Source: Eledone cirrhosa
Taxonomy: Eukaryota
Length of the DNA stretch: 64,000 nt
Reading direction: 5' to 3'
Assembly: GCA_964016885.1 (NCBI GenBank)
Contig: OZ024741.1
Location: forward strand, 50,716,001 to 50,780,000
Shown: positions 51,898-64,000 of the stretch, piece after piece
Layout of the letters: the number at the start of each line of letters is the position of its first letter
Numbering within the stretch: position 1 is the first letter of the stretch
Translations under genes and position numbers: made by a program
The notes under the pieces: generated by a model
Seen by the model: the letters and a program-made list of their open reading frames with translations, nothing else
Told to the model about the DNA's origin: nothing
Database searches by the model: none

Positions 51898-52565
51898 ACA
51901 CATATATACATACACATATGCATACATACATTCAAATAGATACGTACAAACATACATATGTACATACATACATGCATACACACATACATACACACATACA
52001 TACATATATATACACACATAAATGCATACACACACATACATACATATATACACACATACATACGACCCTTCATAGACACACATACATACATACATACATA
52101 TACATCTACACATACACACATACATACATACATAAGTACATGAATGCATATACATATACACACACACATACGTACATACATACATACATGCATACACACA
52201 TAGACACATATATTGACATAAATGCATACATAAATACAGGCAAACAGCTACACATGACACGCTTATATACATACACATTTATTTAAACCACATACGGATG
52301 ATTGATAACAGACGATATCTAACACACCCATTTACATACATACATATATATATACATACATACATACATACATATATACATACATGCATATATACATACA
52401 TATATATATATACGTACATACAAACATACATACATACATATATACATACATGCATACATACATTACATATATACGTACATATGTACATACATGCCTGCAT
52501 CCACACAGCCATACAGGCACATAACTCCACATACACACAACTACACACCACACACCACACCACAC

Positions 52566-52596
<31 letters not shown>

Positions 52597-52750
52597 TCAA
52601 TTACACACCCTCATCATACAAACAGACATACATATACACATATGCACACATATATACTCCTCCACATAAGCACTCAAATACGCATACACAAACATACGCA
52701 GCCGTACACATTTACTCACATTCACACGTACATATACAGAAACACACACA
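51740..52750. repeat. Degenerate (TACA)n/(CA)n array with a duplicated unique spacer
   Basis: TTTATTTAAAACCACAT...GATTGATA.CAGACGAT at about 51694 and about 52278. Confidence 0.85.
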
Positions 52751-53105
52751 AGCAGTTATACGCATTCTTGTAGTTTTTGTTTTTCGAAAAAAAACCCAGG
52801 ATGGTCACGACTGGAACAGATTTTGTCATAGGGCTGCCTGATAACAGTTGACTAGGGGGCGAAAAAACAACTACCATCACCGTCACCATCTCCATTACCA
52901 CTAACTTAAAGAAGAATACCACTAAAATTATCATCACCAACAACACTACCATCAGCATTACTATCACCACCATCATCCATTCCCCCCTTTCTCACATCCA
53001 TCACCCCCTCCTCACTACCACAACTAACACTACTGCCATTCAATGTCTAACAAACGCCATCACCACATAACATTACCCCCTGTCGAGTCACCACCACCAC
53101 CACCT

Positions 53106-53150
<45 letters not shown>

Positions 53151-53619
53151 TTACACATTAGTCGCCTCCCTCCCCATTTCTCTACTTCACCCCTTCTCTC
53201 CCTCTCAATCATGTATTCTCTCTGTTTATTACTGTGACCACAAACCCTACTCTCTCTTTCTCTCGCACACACATTGTCTCTCTTTCTTTCACTCTTTCTT
53301 TCTCTTTTTCTTTCTCTCTCGCTCTCTCTCACACACACTATCTTTCTCTCTCTCACACCCATACACTCCCTCCTTTTTTCTCTCTCTCTCTCTCTCTCAC
53401 ACACACAATCTCTCTCTCTCTGTATTTCTCAACTTTCCTCTCTCTTAATTTCATATCCCCGTTGTCTTACCTTCCCTACAAACCCTACTCTCTCTCTCTT
53501 CTAATTTTATACTCCCTTGTCTTATCTTTCTCGGAAACCTTACTCTCTCTCTCTATCACACAATCTCTCTCTCTCTTCTTATTTCTCAACTTTCCTCTCT
53601 CTTCTAATTTTATACCCTC

Positions 53620-53952
53620 GTTGTCTCACCTTCCCCACAAACGCTACTCTCTCTCTCCCTACCTTTCTCGCAGAAGCTACTCTCTCTCCCTACCTTCCCC
53701 ACAGACGCTACTCTCTCTCTCTCCCTACCTTCCCCACAGACGCTACTCTCTCTCTCTCCCTACCTTCCCCACAGACGCTACTCTCTCTCCCTACCTTCCC
53801 CACAGACGCTACTCTCTCTCCCTACCTTCCCCACAGACGCTACTCTCTCTCTCCCTACCTTCCCCACAGACGCTACTCTCTTTCCCTACCTTCCCCACAA
53901 ACGCTACTCTCTCTCTCCCTACCTTCCCCACAGACGCTACTCTCTCTCCCTT
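53620..53952. repeat. ~30-bp minisatellite CCCTACCTTCCCCACAGACGCTA(CT)n
   Basis: About 10 copies. Confidence 0.92.
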
Positions 53953-54271
53953 ACACACACTCTCTCTTTTCATAATTTTCAACTTTCTCCTCTGTCTTCT
54001 AATTTTCCTCAAATTCTCCCTCCTCCCTCCTACACCAACTTTCTTTACACTTTCCTCTCCTCATACTTAGCCTTTATCTCAAACTCTCTTTCTATCTCTC
54101 TCTCATTTTCCTTACCACTCTCTCCCTTATCGCAGTCCACTCCTTCTCACGACTTATCCTTTGTCAACCATTTCTCAATTTTTCCAATTCATCCTCCATT
54201 TTGTTTTTTCGTTGTTTCTATTTATCTTTCTTTTTAAGCTCATCTCAGTTTCTCTCTCCGTCCATTTAAAG

Positions 54272-54600
54272 CAGAAGTTCTCAAACCTTTTGCATCAGCC
54301 CTCCCCCCCAAGACCACGTAATACCCTCAGTGCCCCAAACCCCTATTTCCAGAGAGACCTGCCTACATGCAAATTGTAAATAAATAAAGTCGTTAATTTA
54401 TATATAATATATAATATAACATACTATGTTTAAATAAATATTATATATTTTCTATTTTACTATACATATATAATATGTATCATTTGATATTTAGTATACT
54501 ATTATATCATCTCTACCGCCCCGCCATCACCCTTTACGCCCCAGCGCCCCCGGGACATTCTCAACGCCCCCGGGGGTAGCGCCTACTTTGAGAACTTGTG
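54272..54600. mobile_element. hAT (Charlie-type) MITE
   Basis: TIR CAGAAGTTCTCAAA/TTTGAGAACTTGTG with a perfect 8-bp TSD ATTTAAAG. Confidence 0.9.
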
Positions 54601-54692
54601 ATTTAAAGAACCAGGCCTCCCCAGCCCCGATGTTCTCATTCAAGGTAACACAACATGTTCACAGAATATCCTGTATTATCTGATACAAACAA

Positions 54693-54902
54693 GGGCGATG
54701 GATTGGCAGTATCGGTAGAGCGTCAGACAGCATGCTTTGCGACAAAGAGTTACGGCCCTTTGCGTTCTGAGTTCAAATCTCGTCGAAGTTAGGTTTGTCT
54801 TTCATCCTTACGGGGTCGATAAAATAAAGTACCAGTAATGTACTGTGGTCGATTTAGTCGACTTTTGCCCTCCCCAAAATTGCTGGCCTAAATCAGAAAC
54901 CA
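54693..54902 (+). mobile_element. tRNA-derived SINE, full length
   Basis: Same family; imperfect ~18-bp TSD ATTAT(C/A)TGATA(C/G)AAACAA. Confidence 0.88.
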
Positions 54903-55009
54903 TTATATGATAGAAACAATAGTTATGAACTTATCACATACAGTTGGTTACCTGGTGAGTCGAGAGGTTTGGTAAATTGATAGTTGGTTCATTACATTGT
55001 TAGTATGTT

Positions 55010-55345
55010 GGTTCGGCATTACTTTCTTCCCATTCCAGGGAAGCAAATCCTTTATCAGGGACACAGCATGCTGCGACACGTTCTCAGCCTCCAACATAGT
55101 CAGTGCAGAGGAGAGGAAGATAGGAAACTACCGGGTATTGTCCGGCAGCTTCCTCTTTGCCCCGGTCGCAGTCAAAACCTCAGGCGTCCTCGGACCTAAT
55201 AAAGCTGACCTCCTCCGTAAAATCGGAATGACAGCAGCCCGTTTGAGGAAGAACCTCACATGTGGGCTGGCTGTTGCAACGGGTGTCACTGGCGGCAATG
55301 TCTTTGCCATTTCGTCCGTGGTGCTCAGCGGAAACATCGCTCTGA
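55010..55345 (+). pseudogene. CRE-like REL endonuclease remnant
   Basis: GITFFPF..SKSFIRDTACCDTFSASN...AEERK..NY....FLFAPVAVKTSG..G. Confidence 0.65.
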
Positions 55346-55608
55346 CTCGTGTCTGTCACCCTCTCTCTAATTTCCCTAATTTATTCATTGCTTAACAATC
55401 CTTGCACTTTCCTTCTTTTTCTCTCGTTCGTTGTTTTTGTTTTTTATCCATTCATAATAATTAATTTGTTAAAATTTCTATTAATGGGTCAACTTGTTAT
55501 ATAATGTATGACAAAATAAACAGGAGTTTCTTGGTTGTTGTTGTTGTTTGTTGTTGTTGGTTGATGTTGGTTGTTGTTGGTTGTTGTTGTTGGTTATTGG
55601 TTGTTGTT

Positions 55609-55641
<33 letters not shown>

Positions 55642-55942
55642 GGTATTGGTTGTTAATTATTTGGTTGTTGCCAAATTCAAATCTTCCTTAAACCAATGAG
55701 AGACTCTCACTATTGTCGCCCCACCACGCAAGTCACTCCTCATCAACCTAAATTACAATATTTACACAGTTCTTTGTTACATGTCAAAGACAATTTCATC
55801 ACATATCTCGAACACAAACAAACAAACCATCAATACCAATAACACAATCAACTTCTTATTTACACACGCTCACACACACACACATATATATACACACACA
55901 CTTACACACACTCACACACGCACGCACACACAATTTCTCACA

Positions 55943-55979
<37 letters not shown>

Positions 55980-57852
55980 GAAAAAAAGAAAAGAATGACT
56001 TCAGTTGTAATTCTAGAGAAAGTTCTCCAGGAAAGTTAACCAGGAATCTTTAAAAATCTCCCCACCGAAGTTAACAAAGAACTTACTAGATCTACAAAAC
56101 CAAATTGCAAAATTATAATATTAGAAAATTAACCAAAATAGCAATAATAATATTTCTAACAACAATATTCAGAATAATAGTACCATTCTGAACAATAATA
56201 ACTCTAGTAAATGTAACTGTAGAATCAAATCAAACTGCCCTTTACAAAATTAATTGTTTAGACAAAAACATAGTTTATAAATGCACAGTTAAAACTAGCG
56301 ACAAAATATTTAACTATGTTGGTGCCACTTCAACGAAATTTAAAGAACGCTGGAATAACCATAATCATACATTTAGGAAATCTGGTAAAAAATCTTCTAT
56401 TTCACTTTCACATCTAATCTGGGATTTAAAATATAGACTATTCAATATCTTGGAAAACGATTTCGAAAGCACCTGCATACCGAAAATTGGCTTTATCAAG
56501 ATTCTGTAAATTGTGTATCGAAGAAATTTTTTATATAATTAACTGTCTTTTTATATAATTAACTCTATTAATCTCAGAACAGAATTATTTTCTTCTTGCA
56601 AACATCGCCAAAATTCCACGTTCAGAACTATTTTTAATTTATAATATTCCTATACACCTTCAATGATCCTACCTTTTTTAAATGATCCTCCCTTTTTTAA
56701 ATGATCCTACCTTTTTTAAAAATTTAAATGTAAATTTTTTAATATTTTTAATATTTTTAATATTTTTTAATATTTTTTAATATTTTTAATATTTCAAAAA
56801 TTTTTTAATATCTCTAATATTTATAATATTTTTAATATATATATTTAATATTTTAATTTCCAACATTATTTTAATTCTTACATTATTTTTAATTCCGACA
56901 TTATTTTTAATTCCGACATTATTTTTCTAAATATATTTTTAGATGTAGATTGATAATCTTTAAATGACATTCTGAAAATTTATCCTCTTTACGATAGATC
57001 TTCGAAAAACACATTACATTTTTCCTCTCTCTTTTTGTTATTCAAACATTCACACATCTTTCGACTAAAATAACAGATCTCACACTAAATAATATATAAT
57101 TTTCTCGAATTTAATGGTTAACAAACAAAATTGGAGTTATCTTTCCTTTCTCAATCGTGCAAACATATTATGTTTGATAATCTGTTTAGCTTCGCTGAAA
57201 ACATTTTCAATGTTGAACAAAATTTGTGAATCCACAAATTGTTCTACTCTCACAACTTGAACCACCTATTTTTTAAGTAAAATACAAATTCAACTTCCTT
57301 CGTAACTCATATTTGATATATAAACAACTAATACATACGCAATTTATTAATATATATATAGATATTTATATACATATAACCTATCGTAATGTAATAAGAT
57401 AAAAATACCTACAACCATAATTCTTCATATAATCTAATTGATTATATATACAATATTATAACTCATAATATAGGTAAATAAATCTTTTCCCCCAAATTAA
57501 CGTAAATGGTAGCTCTTCTTTCTTTCTCTTCTTTCCTACGCATACAATAACTTATAATTATTTAAATTTTCCATAGCGTCTAAAATAACGTTTTTTTCAG
57601 CCCTTTTACCTAAACCTCATTTGCATACTCATCTTAATAATTTGAAATATCTGACTTTTCTTCTTTTTCCCTTCACTATCCAGGGATAACTTGAACCATT
57701 AAGGTATATTATCCTTGGTTATGTCAAAATTTATAAAACACACTTCGTATTTTATCTGATGATAGCGTACCAAAATTTTGGTACCCTTGAAATATATATA
57801 ATAGAATAAATATGGTTTTATAAATATAGTTTCCATTTATTTAATATCATTG
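55980..57852 (+). mobile_element. Hydra-like PLE 3' part (family F): decayed GIY-YIG, AT-rich UTR, HHR at 57751-57803
   Basis: CNCRIKSNCPL...VYKCTV...YVGAT..KFKERWNNH.HTF; CTGATGA..GTACCAAA-AT-TTTGGTAC..GAAA TATATA TA. Confidence 0.75.
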
Positions 57853-58075
57853 TATATATATATATATATATACGCTATCATCATATAAAATACGAAGTGT
57901 GTTTTATAAATTTTAACATAACCAAGGAGAATATACCTTAACGCTTGAGCAGGCCGGTGGGGGTGAATTGGTACTCACAAGGGAGCGGATGAAAAACCCC
58001 AAAACACGCAATTCATCCGTTCCCATGTCGATCCAATTTGGATTGCCTCGGAAACATAACCTTATTATGTAACAA

Positions 58076-58149
58076 GCTGTCTGATGATGACACGACACTC
58101 GCGCACAGAACAGTGTGGCCAGTGTCGTCACTGAAATATATATCACAGC
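58076..58149 (+). ncRNA. Hammerhead ribozyme in a structured ORF-less unit (57939-58200)
   Basis: GCTGT CTGATGA [..ACGACACT...AGTGTCGT..] GAAA TATATA TC ACAGC. Confidence 0.85.
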
Positions 58150-58296
58150 ATTATTATTAAAGGACTTGAACATCTGAAACTACTTCGCTTTTCCTTATTC
58201 TATATATATATATATGTATGAATGATGTATGAAATATGCATGTATGTATGTATGTATATGTATGTGTGTATGGGTATGTTTGTGTATGTGTATGCA

Positions 58297-58393
<97 letters not shown>

Positions 58394-58394
58394 C

Positions 58395-58427
<33 letters not shown>

Positions 58428-58602
58428 CTCTGTATGTATGTATGTGTGTATATATGTGTGTGTGGTTGTATATATGTATGTGTATGTATGGATGTGTTGA
58501 TATTTATGTGCGTATGTATGTATGTGTATATGTATGTGTATGTGTGTATTTATATACACATATATGTGTGTATATATGTGTGTGTGTATGTATGAGTGTA
58601 TG

Positions 58603-58649
<47 letters not shown>

Positions 58650-58808
58650 ATGTATGCTTTTGTGTGTGTGTGTGCGTGTTTATGTGTGTGTTTGCATGTG
58701 TGGTTTTATTTTATTTTTCCTTTCCTTCTTCTTTCTCCAGCCTCACTTTCATATAGATTGCATTTTTGTTTTTAAAATCAAAATTCAATAAACAGACCAG
58801 GATTTTTT

Positions 58809-58862
58809 CATTCTGAGGATTGAAAGCAAAATCTTTTGCTTTTAAGAAACCACTGGTAAATG
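58809..58862 (+). ncRNA. Hammerhead ribozyme (solo pLTR ending in (TA)n)
   Basis: CATT CTGAGGA TTGAAAGCAAAA-TC-TTTTGCTTTTAA GAAA CCACTGG TA AATG. Confidence 0.85.
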
Positions 58863-58890
58863 GAATAATTGCCTTATGTTGTTTATTACA

Positions 58891-58957
<67 letters not shown>

Positions 58958-59418
58958 GTATGTGTGTTGTTTATTACATAACTAATAAGCTCTGTAGCCT
59001 ACATAGAGCACTTTTTTCCTGTACCTTTCCGTCGGAAATACTTCATTTATATTGGTGCAGAGCAAAATACCTGTTGATAACGTGATATTCCTTGTTCGAT
59101 CATTATACCAAAAGCTTATAGTTTTAAGCAGACAGTATTATTGATTTAGGTGTCATAGAAACCCTGCATTTGGATTTTACCATCAATTCCAATGGGTCCA
59201 GGTCTGTTTTTATCATTTATTTTGTTTGACCTGTTTAGCTTGATTTGTTTTTTGGCTTAGGTGGTTAATGCTTTCTTGACCACCTTTTCAGTTTGTATGG
59301 CGTTTTAACATATTTGTTTAGCTCTGGTTTTTTAACTGTGGAGCGCTTGCCAGCATAACTCTGATTTTGCGTTTCGTTTCGCTTTTTCTACCCGCCGAAA
59401 TGCGATTCTCGCTGAATT

Positions 59419-59588
<170 letters not shown>

Positions 59589-59699
59589 ACTATATGGACA
59601 GACAGATAGATAGATAGACAGATAGATAGATCTATATATATTAAAATATAGTCGCCCACAATGGATATCACTATAACAACCGTTAGCTGTATTCTGGTT

Positions 59700-60069
59700 A
59701 CTATATATGTTCATATATACGCGGGGACATAGAAATAATCGGGCTGGATACCCGATCACGCGGTTAAACCACTGGGAGTGAAGGACCCCTACCCTTTGTC
59801 AGGGCATTTTTCTAGGAGAAGGGAATTCAGGAAACTGGGATAACTCCGATATAAAACCTGCAGGTCAGTTGTTATCGACGATGTTGATCTTTTCTTCTTT
59901 TCGGGTTATAGCTACTGTTGCTCAGAGAGTGGGATTGGCTCAGTGCACAGTCCTTTCTCACTTTAAAAAATATCTTCACGCACAGGCATTGCACGATAGA
60001 ATTAATTAATAATTATTAATAATAGTATATCGTGCAATGGCCATACTCGATAACGAGGGGGCAGCCATC
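59700..60069 (+). mobile_element. Diverged RTE-derived non-autonomous element with (AT)n tail
   Basis: Shares TCTAGGAGAAGG, GATGTTGA.(T)TTCTTCTTTT, AGAGAGTGGGA.TGGCT, GCACAGGCATTGC and the 3' TGGCC.TACTCGA.AACGAG..GGCAGCCA end with 34711-35313; 5' limit approximate. Confidence 0.75.
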
Positions 60070-60073
60070 ATAT

Positions 60074-60204
<131 letters not shown>

Positions 60205-60482
60205 ATCATGTCCTTAGAATTATTAGATAAAATATATACTATTTCCTCTTCTAATTAGCATAATTAACCATATAAAAAATCAATTAGACCAAGCTATAAG
60301 AAGAAAGGCTCTTATGAAGAAATCTCCGACAAATAATCGAAAGTGGCCTCTTCGCGGTGGCCCCAGTAGATTATTTATCCAACATTTCGACAGCATGTAG
60401 AAACTGACTAAATATATCATCAACCATACACAATTAGGTGTAAAATTAAACTTAGAAGAAATGTGTACATACCGTAATTATA

Positions 60483-60557
60483 TCTCTACCATGGCTTCAT
60501 CCGTATTTTTAGACATCCAAATAATAGGAATGTCTTGAGTTAGGATTCATCAGGAGA
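60483..60557 (-). ncRNA. Hammerhead-like motif (GAAG variant) in a (TA)n-flanked insert at about 60198-60650
   Basis: TCTC CTGATGA ATCC...GGAT GAAG CCATGG TA GAGA. Confidence 0.7.
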
Positions 60558-60686
60558 CAAACTCAAAATCAGACATCTAGTTTTCTAACCCGAACGCGCC
60601 AAAATTAGATTTAAAAATGGCTAAGAATCGCTATGTGACCGATTGCAGCATATATATATCTATAACTTTATGTATATGTAAACCTT

Positions 60687-60740
<54 letters not shown>

Positions 60741-61433
60741 TGTGTGTGTGTGTGTATAAACACTACCTCATCACGCCACCACAACTCCATCATACCACCA
60801 CTCAATCACACACCAATACAGCGCCACACCACGCCACATCACAACTACACCAAGTTACCACCACGTCCATACCAGATTTAACCACCACCACCACCACCAC
60901 CACCACCACCACCACCACCACCACCACCACCACCACCACCACCACCATCACCACCACCACTACAACCACCAAAACTACCACCTCACCACCACCACCATCA
61001 CCACCACAACCCTCCCCCTCCACCACCATATGAACACGTCAATACACCATGCCGCCACACATTAACTCATTAATTGTATTGCATTTAGTAAGCTTCATCA
61101 ATAGGGTACTTTGCAATGGTGGCGGCGACGGCGGTGGCGGTAGTGGTGGTGGTACTCGTGATGGCAGGGGCGGCAGCGTGGGGTTTGTGGTTATGGTGTG
61201 TGATGGTGTGATGGTGTGATGTTATGTAATTTGGTGGTTATTGTTGTGGCTGTGGTGGTGTGATGGTACGATAGCAATGTTGTGGATCTATGGTGGAGTG
61301 CTAATGGTGTGGTCAGCGTCCAGCCTGTGGGGATGTGTTGTTTCTATGATTTATCCTCAACTCAAAATCATTCCTAATAATGCAGAAGCTGTGACCATCC
61401 CGTCATTGTAGCGTTATATACGATGGAGTTAAT

Positions 61434-61468
<35 letters not shown>

Positions 61469-61474
<6 letters not shown>

Positions 61475-61794
61475 CGTTTCTGAATTTGTTTAGCAAGATT
61501 CTTTATCTGAAATCGTGTGTTGAAACCGATATTGTTATACTTTGGGAGGGTCATGTTGCCAATAAGAAACACACGCACCAGTTGCTTTCACTTCAATTTA
61601 TTATAATAAATTTATAAATTTCGGAATTTATAAATTTCTGGTTGGTTGGTTGGTTCCACAACCAGATAGTTGTTTATATATATTGTCAAAGTTCTTTCGT
61701 CACACATTCTGTGACCTCTTCAGTGACTGGGGATTCTTTTCTTTGTTTTTGTGCCTCTCCTTTGTTCTGTCCTACGCCATTTTGTTTCTGTGTG

Positions 61795-61796
<2 letters not shown>
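61469..61796 (-). mobile_element. Solo pseudo-LTR of PLE family A; HHR at 61685-61727
   Basis: Near-identical to 8153-8478, with the same junction to (TA)n. Confidence 0.93.
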
Positions 61797-61865
<69 letters not shown>

Positions 61866-61868
<3 letters not shown>

Positions 61869-62995
61869 TTATTTAGGTTTGTTGGTTCACCACTGGATAG
61901 AACTGGTCATTTCGTATGGTCAACCTCGATGTAATATTATGGAGAGCACTCAACGTAATGCAACTCACCCGTCTTCGTTAGTGTAGTTGGTGGTGCGAGT
62001 ACGGAGTTAATTATTATAAAATAACAGGAGGCTGGACTGGTGTAAATCCTTGAAAGGTTTATTATACTATGATCATTTCAATGATCGGGTTCAGTATGAA
62101 TCCGGTGACATCATCAAGTATTCAAAATATAACAAATGAATATAACAGATAAAATCCATGGGGCTGAAAATCAGAGACAAGAGGACGACCGACTATTTAG
62201 CAGCTTCTACCTCAGTTGGTCGCTCTCAAGTGTTGATTATTAAGTCTACTTATGACCATCCGGGGAGGGGCCGCAAGTTTATAATGTGCTACTACCTCGC
62301 CGTCAAAGAGAAATGTCAGCGTTGAGTTCATGCCTCAATCAGGCTGATCATGCATGCTAGAAATTTCCGCGAAAAATGTTTTTTCCAAAGAACATATATT
62401 TTCAACAAAGGCATATATAGTGGGCGTCTGTATGGTATAATGCGTGGACAGAAATTTCGGTTAACAATTAGAAACGTTAAACTTATGTTTAGAGTTATAG
62501 GATGAAATTAGAAAAATAAGGTTTACGGTTTGGGTTGTGAGATTTAGTTAAAGAATTTACAGAAAGAGGCTTTTATGAAAAGGTTTAAGTCACGATAAGT
62601 TTTCAGAGTAGGATATAGAGTAAAGATTAAGCCTTTATTTAGCGGTCGATAACCAGCGACGACTGCAGACCCCGGCCAGCCCTCCCTAACTACGTGCCAC
62701 CCATTCCTAGTAATATCGTCTAGCGAAAGAAATGGAAATTAATTTTTCCGAGCACTCCAGGAATATAACTGTCTTAGGCGTCGGGTGTGTTAACGGGAAG
62801 TCCGCCACCGCCGTCTTACACCAGTCCAGCCTCCTGTTATTTTATAATAATTAACTCCGTACTTGCACCACCAACTACACTAACGAAGACGGGTGAGTTG
62901 CATTACGTTGAGTGCTCTCCATAATATTACATCGAGGTTGACCATACGGAATGACCAGCTCTACCCAGTGGTGAACCAACAAACCTAAATAAATA
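61866..62995. mobile_element. Non-autonomous element with ~180-bp terminal inverted repeats
   Basis: 61866-62046 is the reverse complement of 62816-62995 with about 4 mismatches; no ORF. Confidence 0.85.
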
Positions 62996-63033
62996 ATGCT
63001 CCAGAAATATCGAGCGCTTTCAGATGTAATAAT

Positions 63034-63105
63034 TGTTTCTACTTTTGGCACAAGGCCAGCAATTATCCCAGTGTATTACTGGTACTTTAATTTACTGGTA
63101 CTTTA
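63034..63105 (-). mobile_element. SINE 3' half
   Basis: TTTCTACTTTTGGCACAAGGCCAGCAATTATCCCAGTG...TGGTAC. Confidence 0.7.
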
Positions 63106-63117
63106 TTTATGTTGTCG

Positions 63118-63665
63118 TCGAGTCCATAGAGAAGACCGACCCACAACCTTCTTTTGACCAGGACGGGCAGGCAATTTTCCTCTGTCTGGTGGCAGTAGCG
63201 AAAGAGGTTGTATGGTGGACCAGGTTGAAAGGACTGAAGACAAGCACTTTTCTCTTCGGCCAATCCCTCATCAACTTTTTGAAGTTTCACTTGGAAATGG
63301 AAGGTGAGGGTGGAGAGAGAAGTGCTGCACCCTAGTACATTTGCTGAAAGGTGGGTGAATGTGGCGAGAATGGCCCGTGTGAATGGGCTTACTCTGATCA
63401 TGCACCTGTAGGCTGGTTAATTTGAAGAGGAGAGGGGTGCCCTCTCCGGGTGCCCTCGAAACTTCGGGTGGTTCAGGATCGATGGGGTGCCTGAGTCAAC
63501 CATGGGTGGTTATCCCCCCTATTGGGGAATTTCATTGTTGTATTTTTCTTGTTTATTATTATTGTTTTCCTATTTTTTTTACTCAATTTTTGTGTAAACC
63601 CCCACTGTCCCAGCCAACTGTATTGACCCCCCATATGTCGGTCCTTGTGGCCAATAAATGAAACT
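63118..63665 (+). mobile_element. Tx1/L1-like 3' fragment
   Basis: FLCLVAVAKEVVWWTR...FLKFHL...FAERWVNV; ends GTGGCCAATAAATGAAAC, just before a degenerate (GTT)n tract. Confidence 0.6.
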
Positions 63666-64000
63666 ACGTTGCTTGATGTTTGGTTCTTGTTCCAGTTATT
63701 GTAGTTTTATTTATTGTTATTATTAGTTTTTCTTTGTTTCTTTATATTCCTTGAAACTTTGTTTGGTTCTCTTCTGTTATCATTGTTGTCGTTGATGTTG
63801 TTGATGTTGTTGCTGTTGTTGGTCGTTCTATCCTTTGTTGTTGTTGGGGCTTCTATCCTTTCTTGTTGTTGTTGTTGGTGTTGTTGCTCTTCTTTTTCTT
63901 TTTTCCTTTTCTAAATATTTGTTTGTAACTGTTTGTTGTTCTTTGTTGTCTTAATTATGGCACTAATATTATTGTTATTGTTGATGATGTTACAGTTACT

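Overview
AT-rich, microsatellite-saturated eukaryotic DNA with one 200-N gap and no host gene that I can support. The tRNA-derived SINEs resemble, from memory, the octopod cephalopod family, so the source organism is an inference. Nearly all non-simple sequence is transposable element. (1) Two near full-length, disrupted R4/Dong-type non-LTR retrotransposons (RT plus restriction-like endonuclease) and truncated copies, all in (TACA)n arrays in one polarity. (2) Several Penelope-like element (PLE) families (Neptune-, Nematis/Poseidon- and Hydra-like), mostly in (TA)n, with about 19 minimal hammerhead ribozyme (HHR) motifs read by eye. (3) Non-autonomous RTE-derived elements, SINEs, Tx1/L1, CRE and RTE fragments, Chapaev3-like transposase remnants, hAT-type MITEs and a 1.1-kb element with long inverted repeats. 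The most interesting pattern is that PLE and small HHR-RNA insertions repeatedly have two outward-facing 3' ends, each at a short internal AT-rich site matching the (TA)n target. In two insertions from different families, one arm stops at or beside the site where the other arm was primed, which suggests twin priming from both strands of a palindromic microsatellite. A ~309-nt ORF-less HHR monomer in tandem and permuted form (retrozyme-like) appears to use the same pathway. All calls are by-eye motif and alignment reading; no search or folding program was run.
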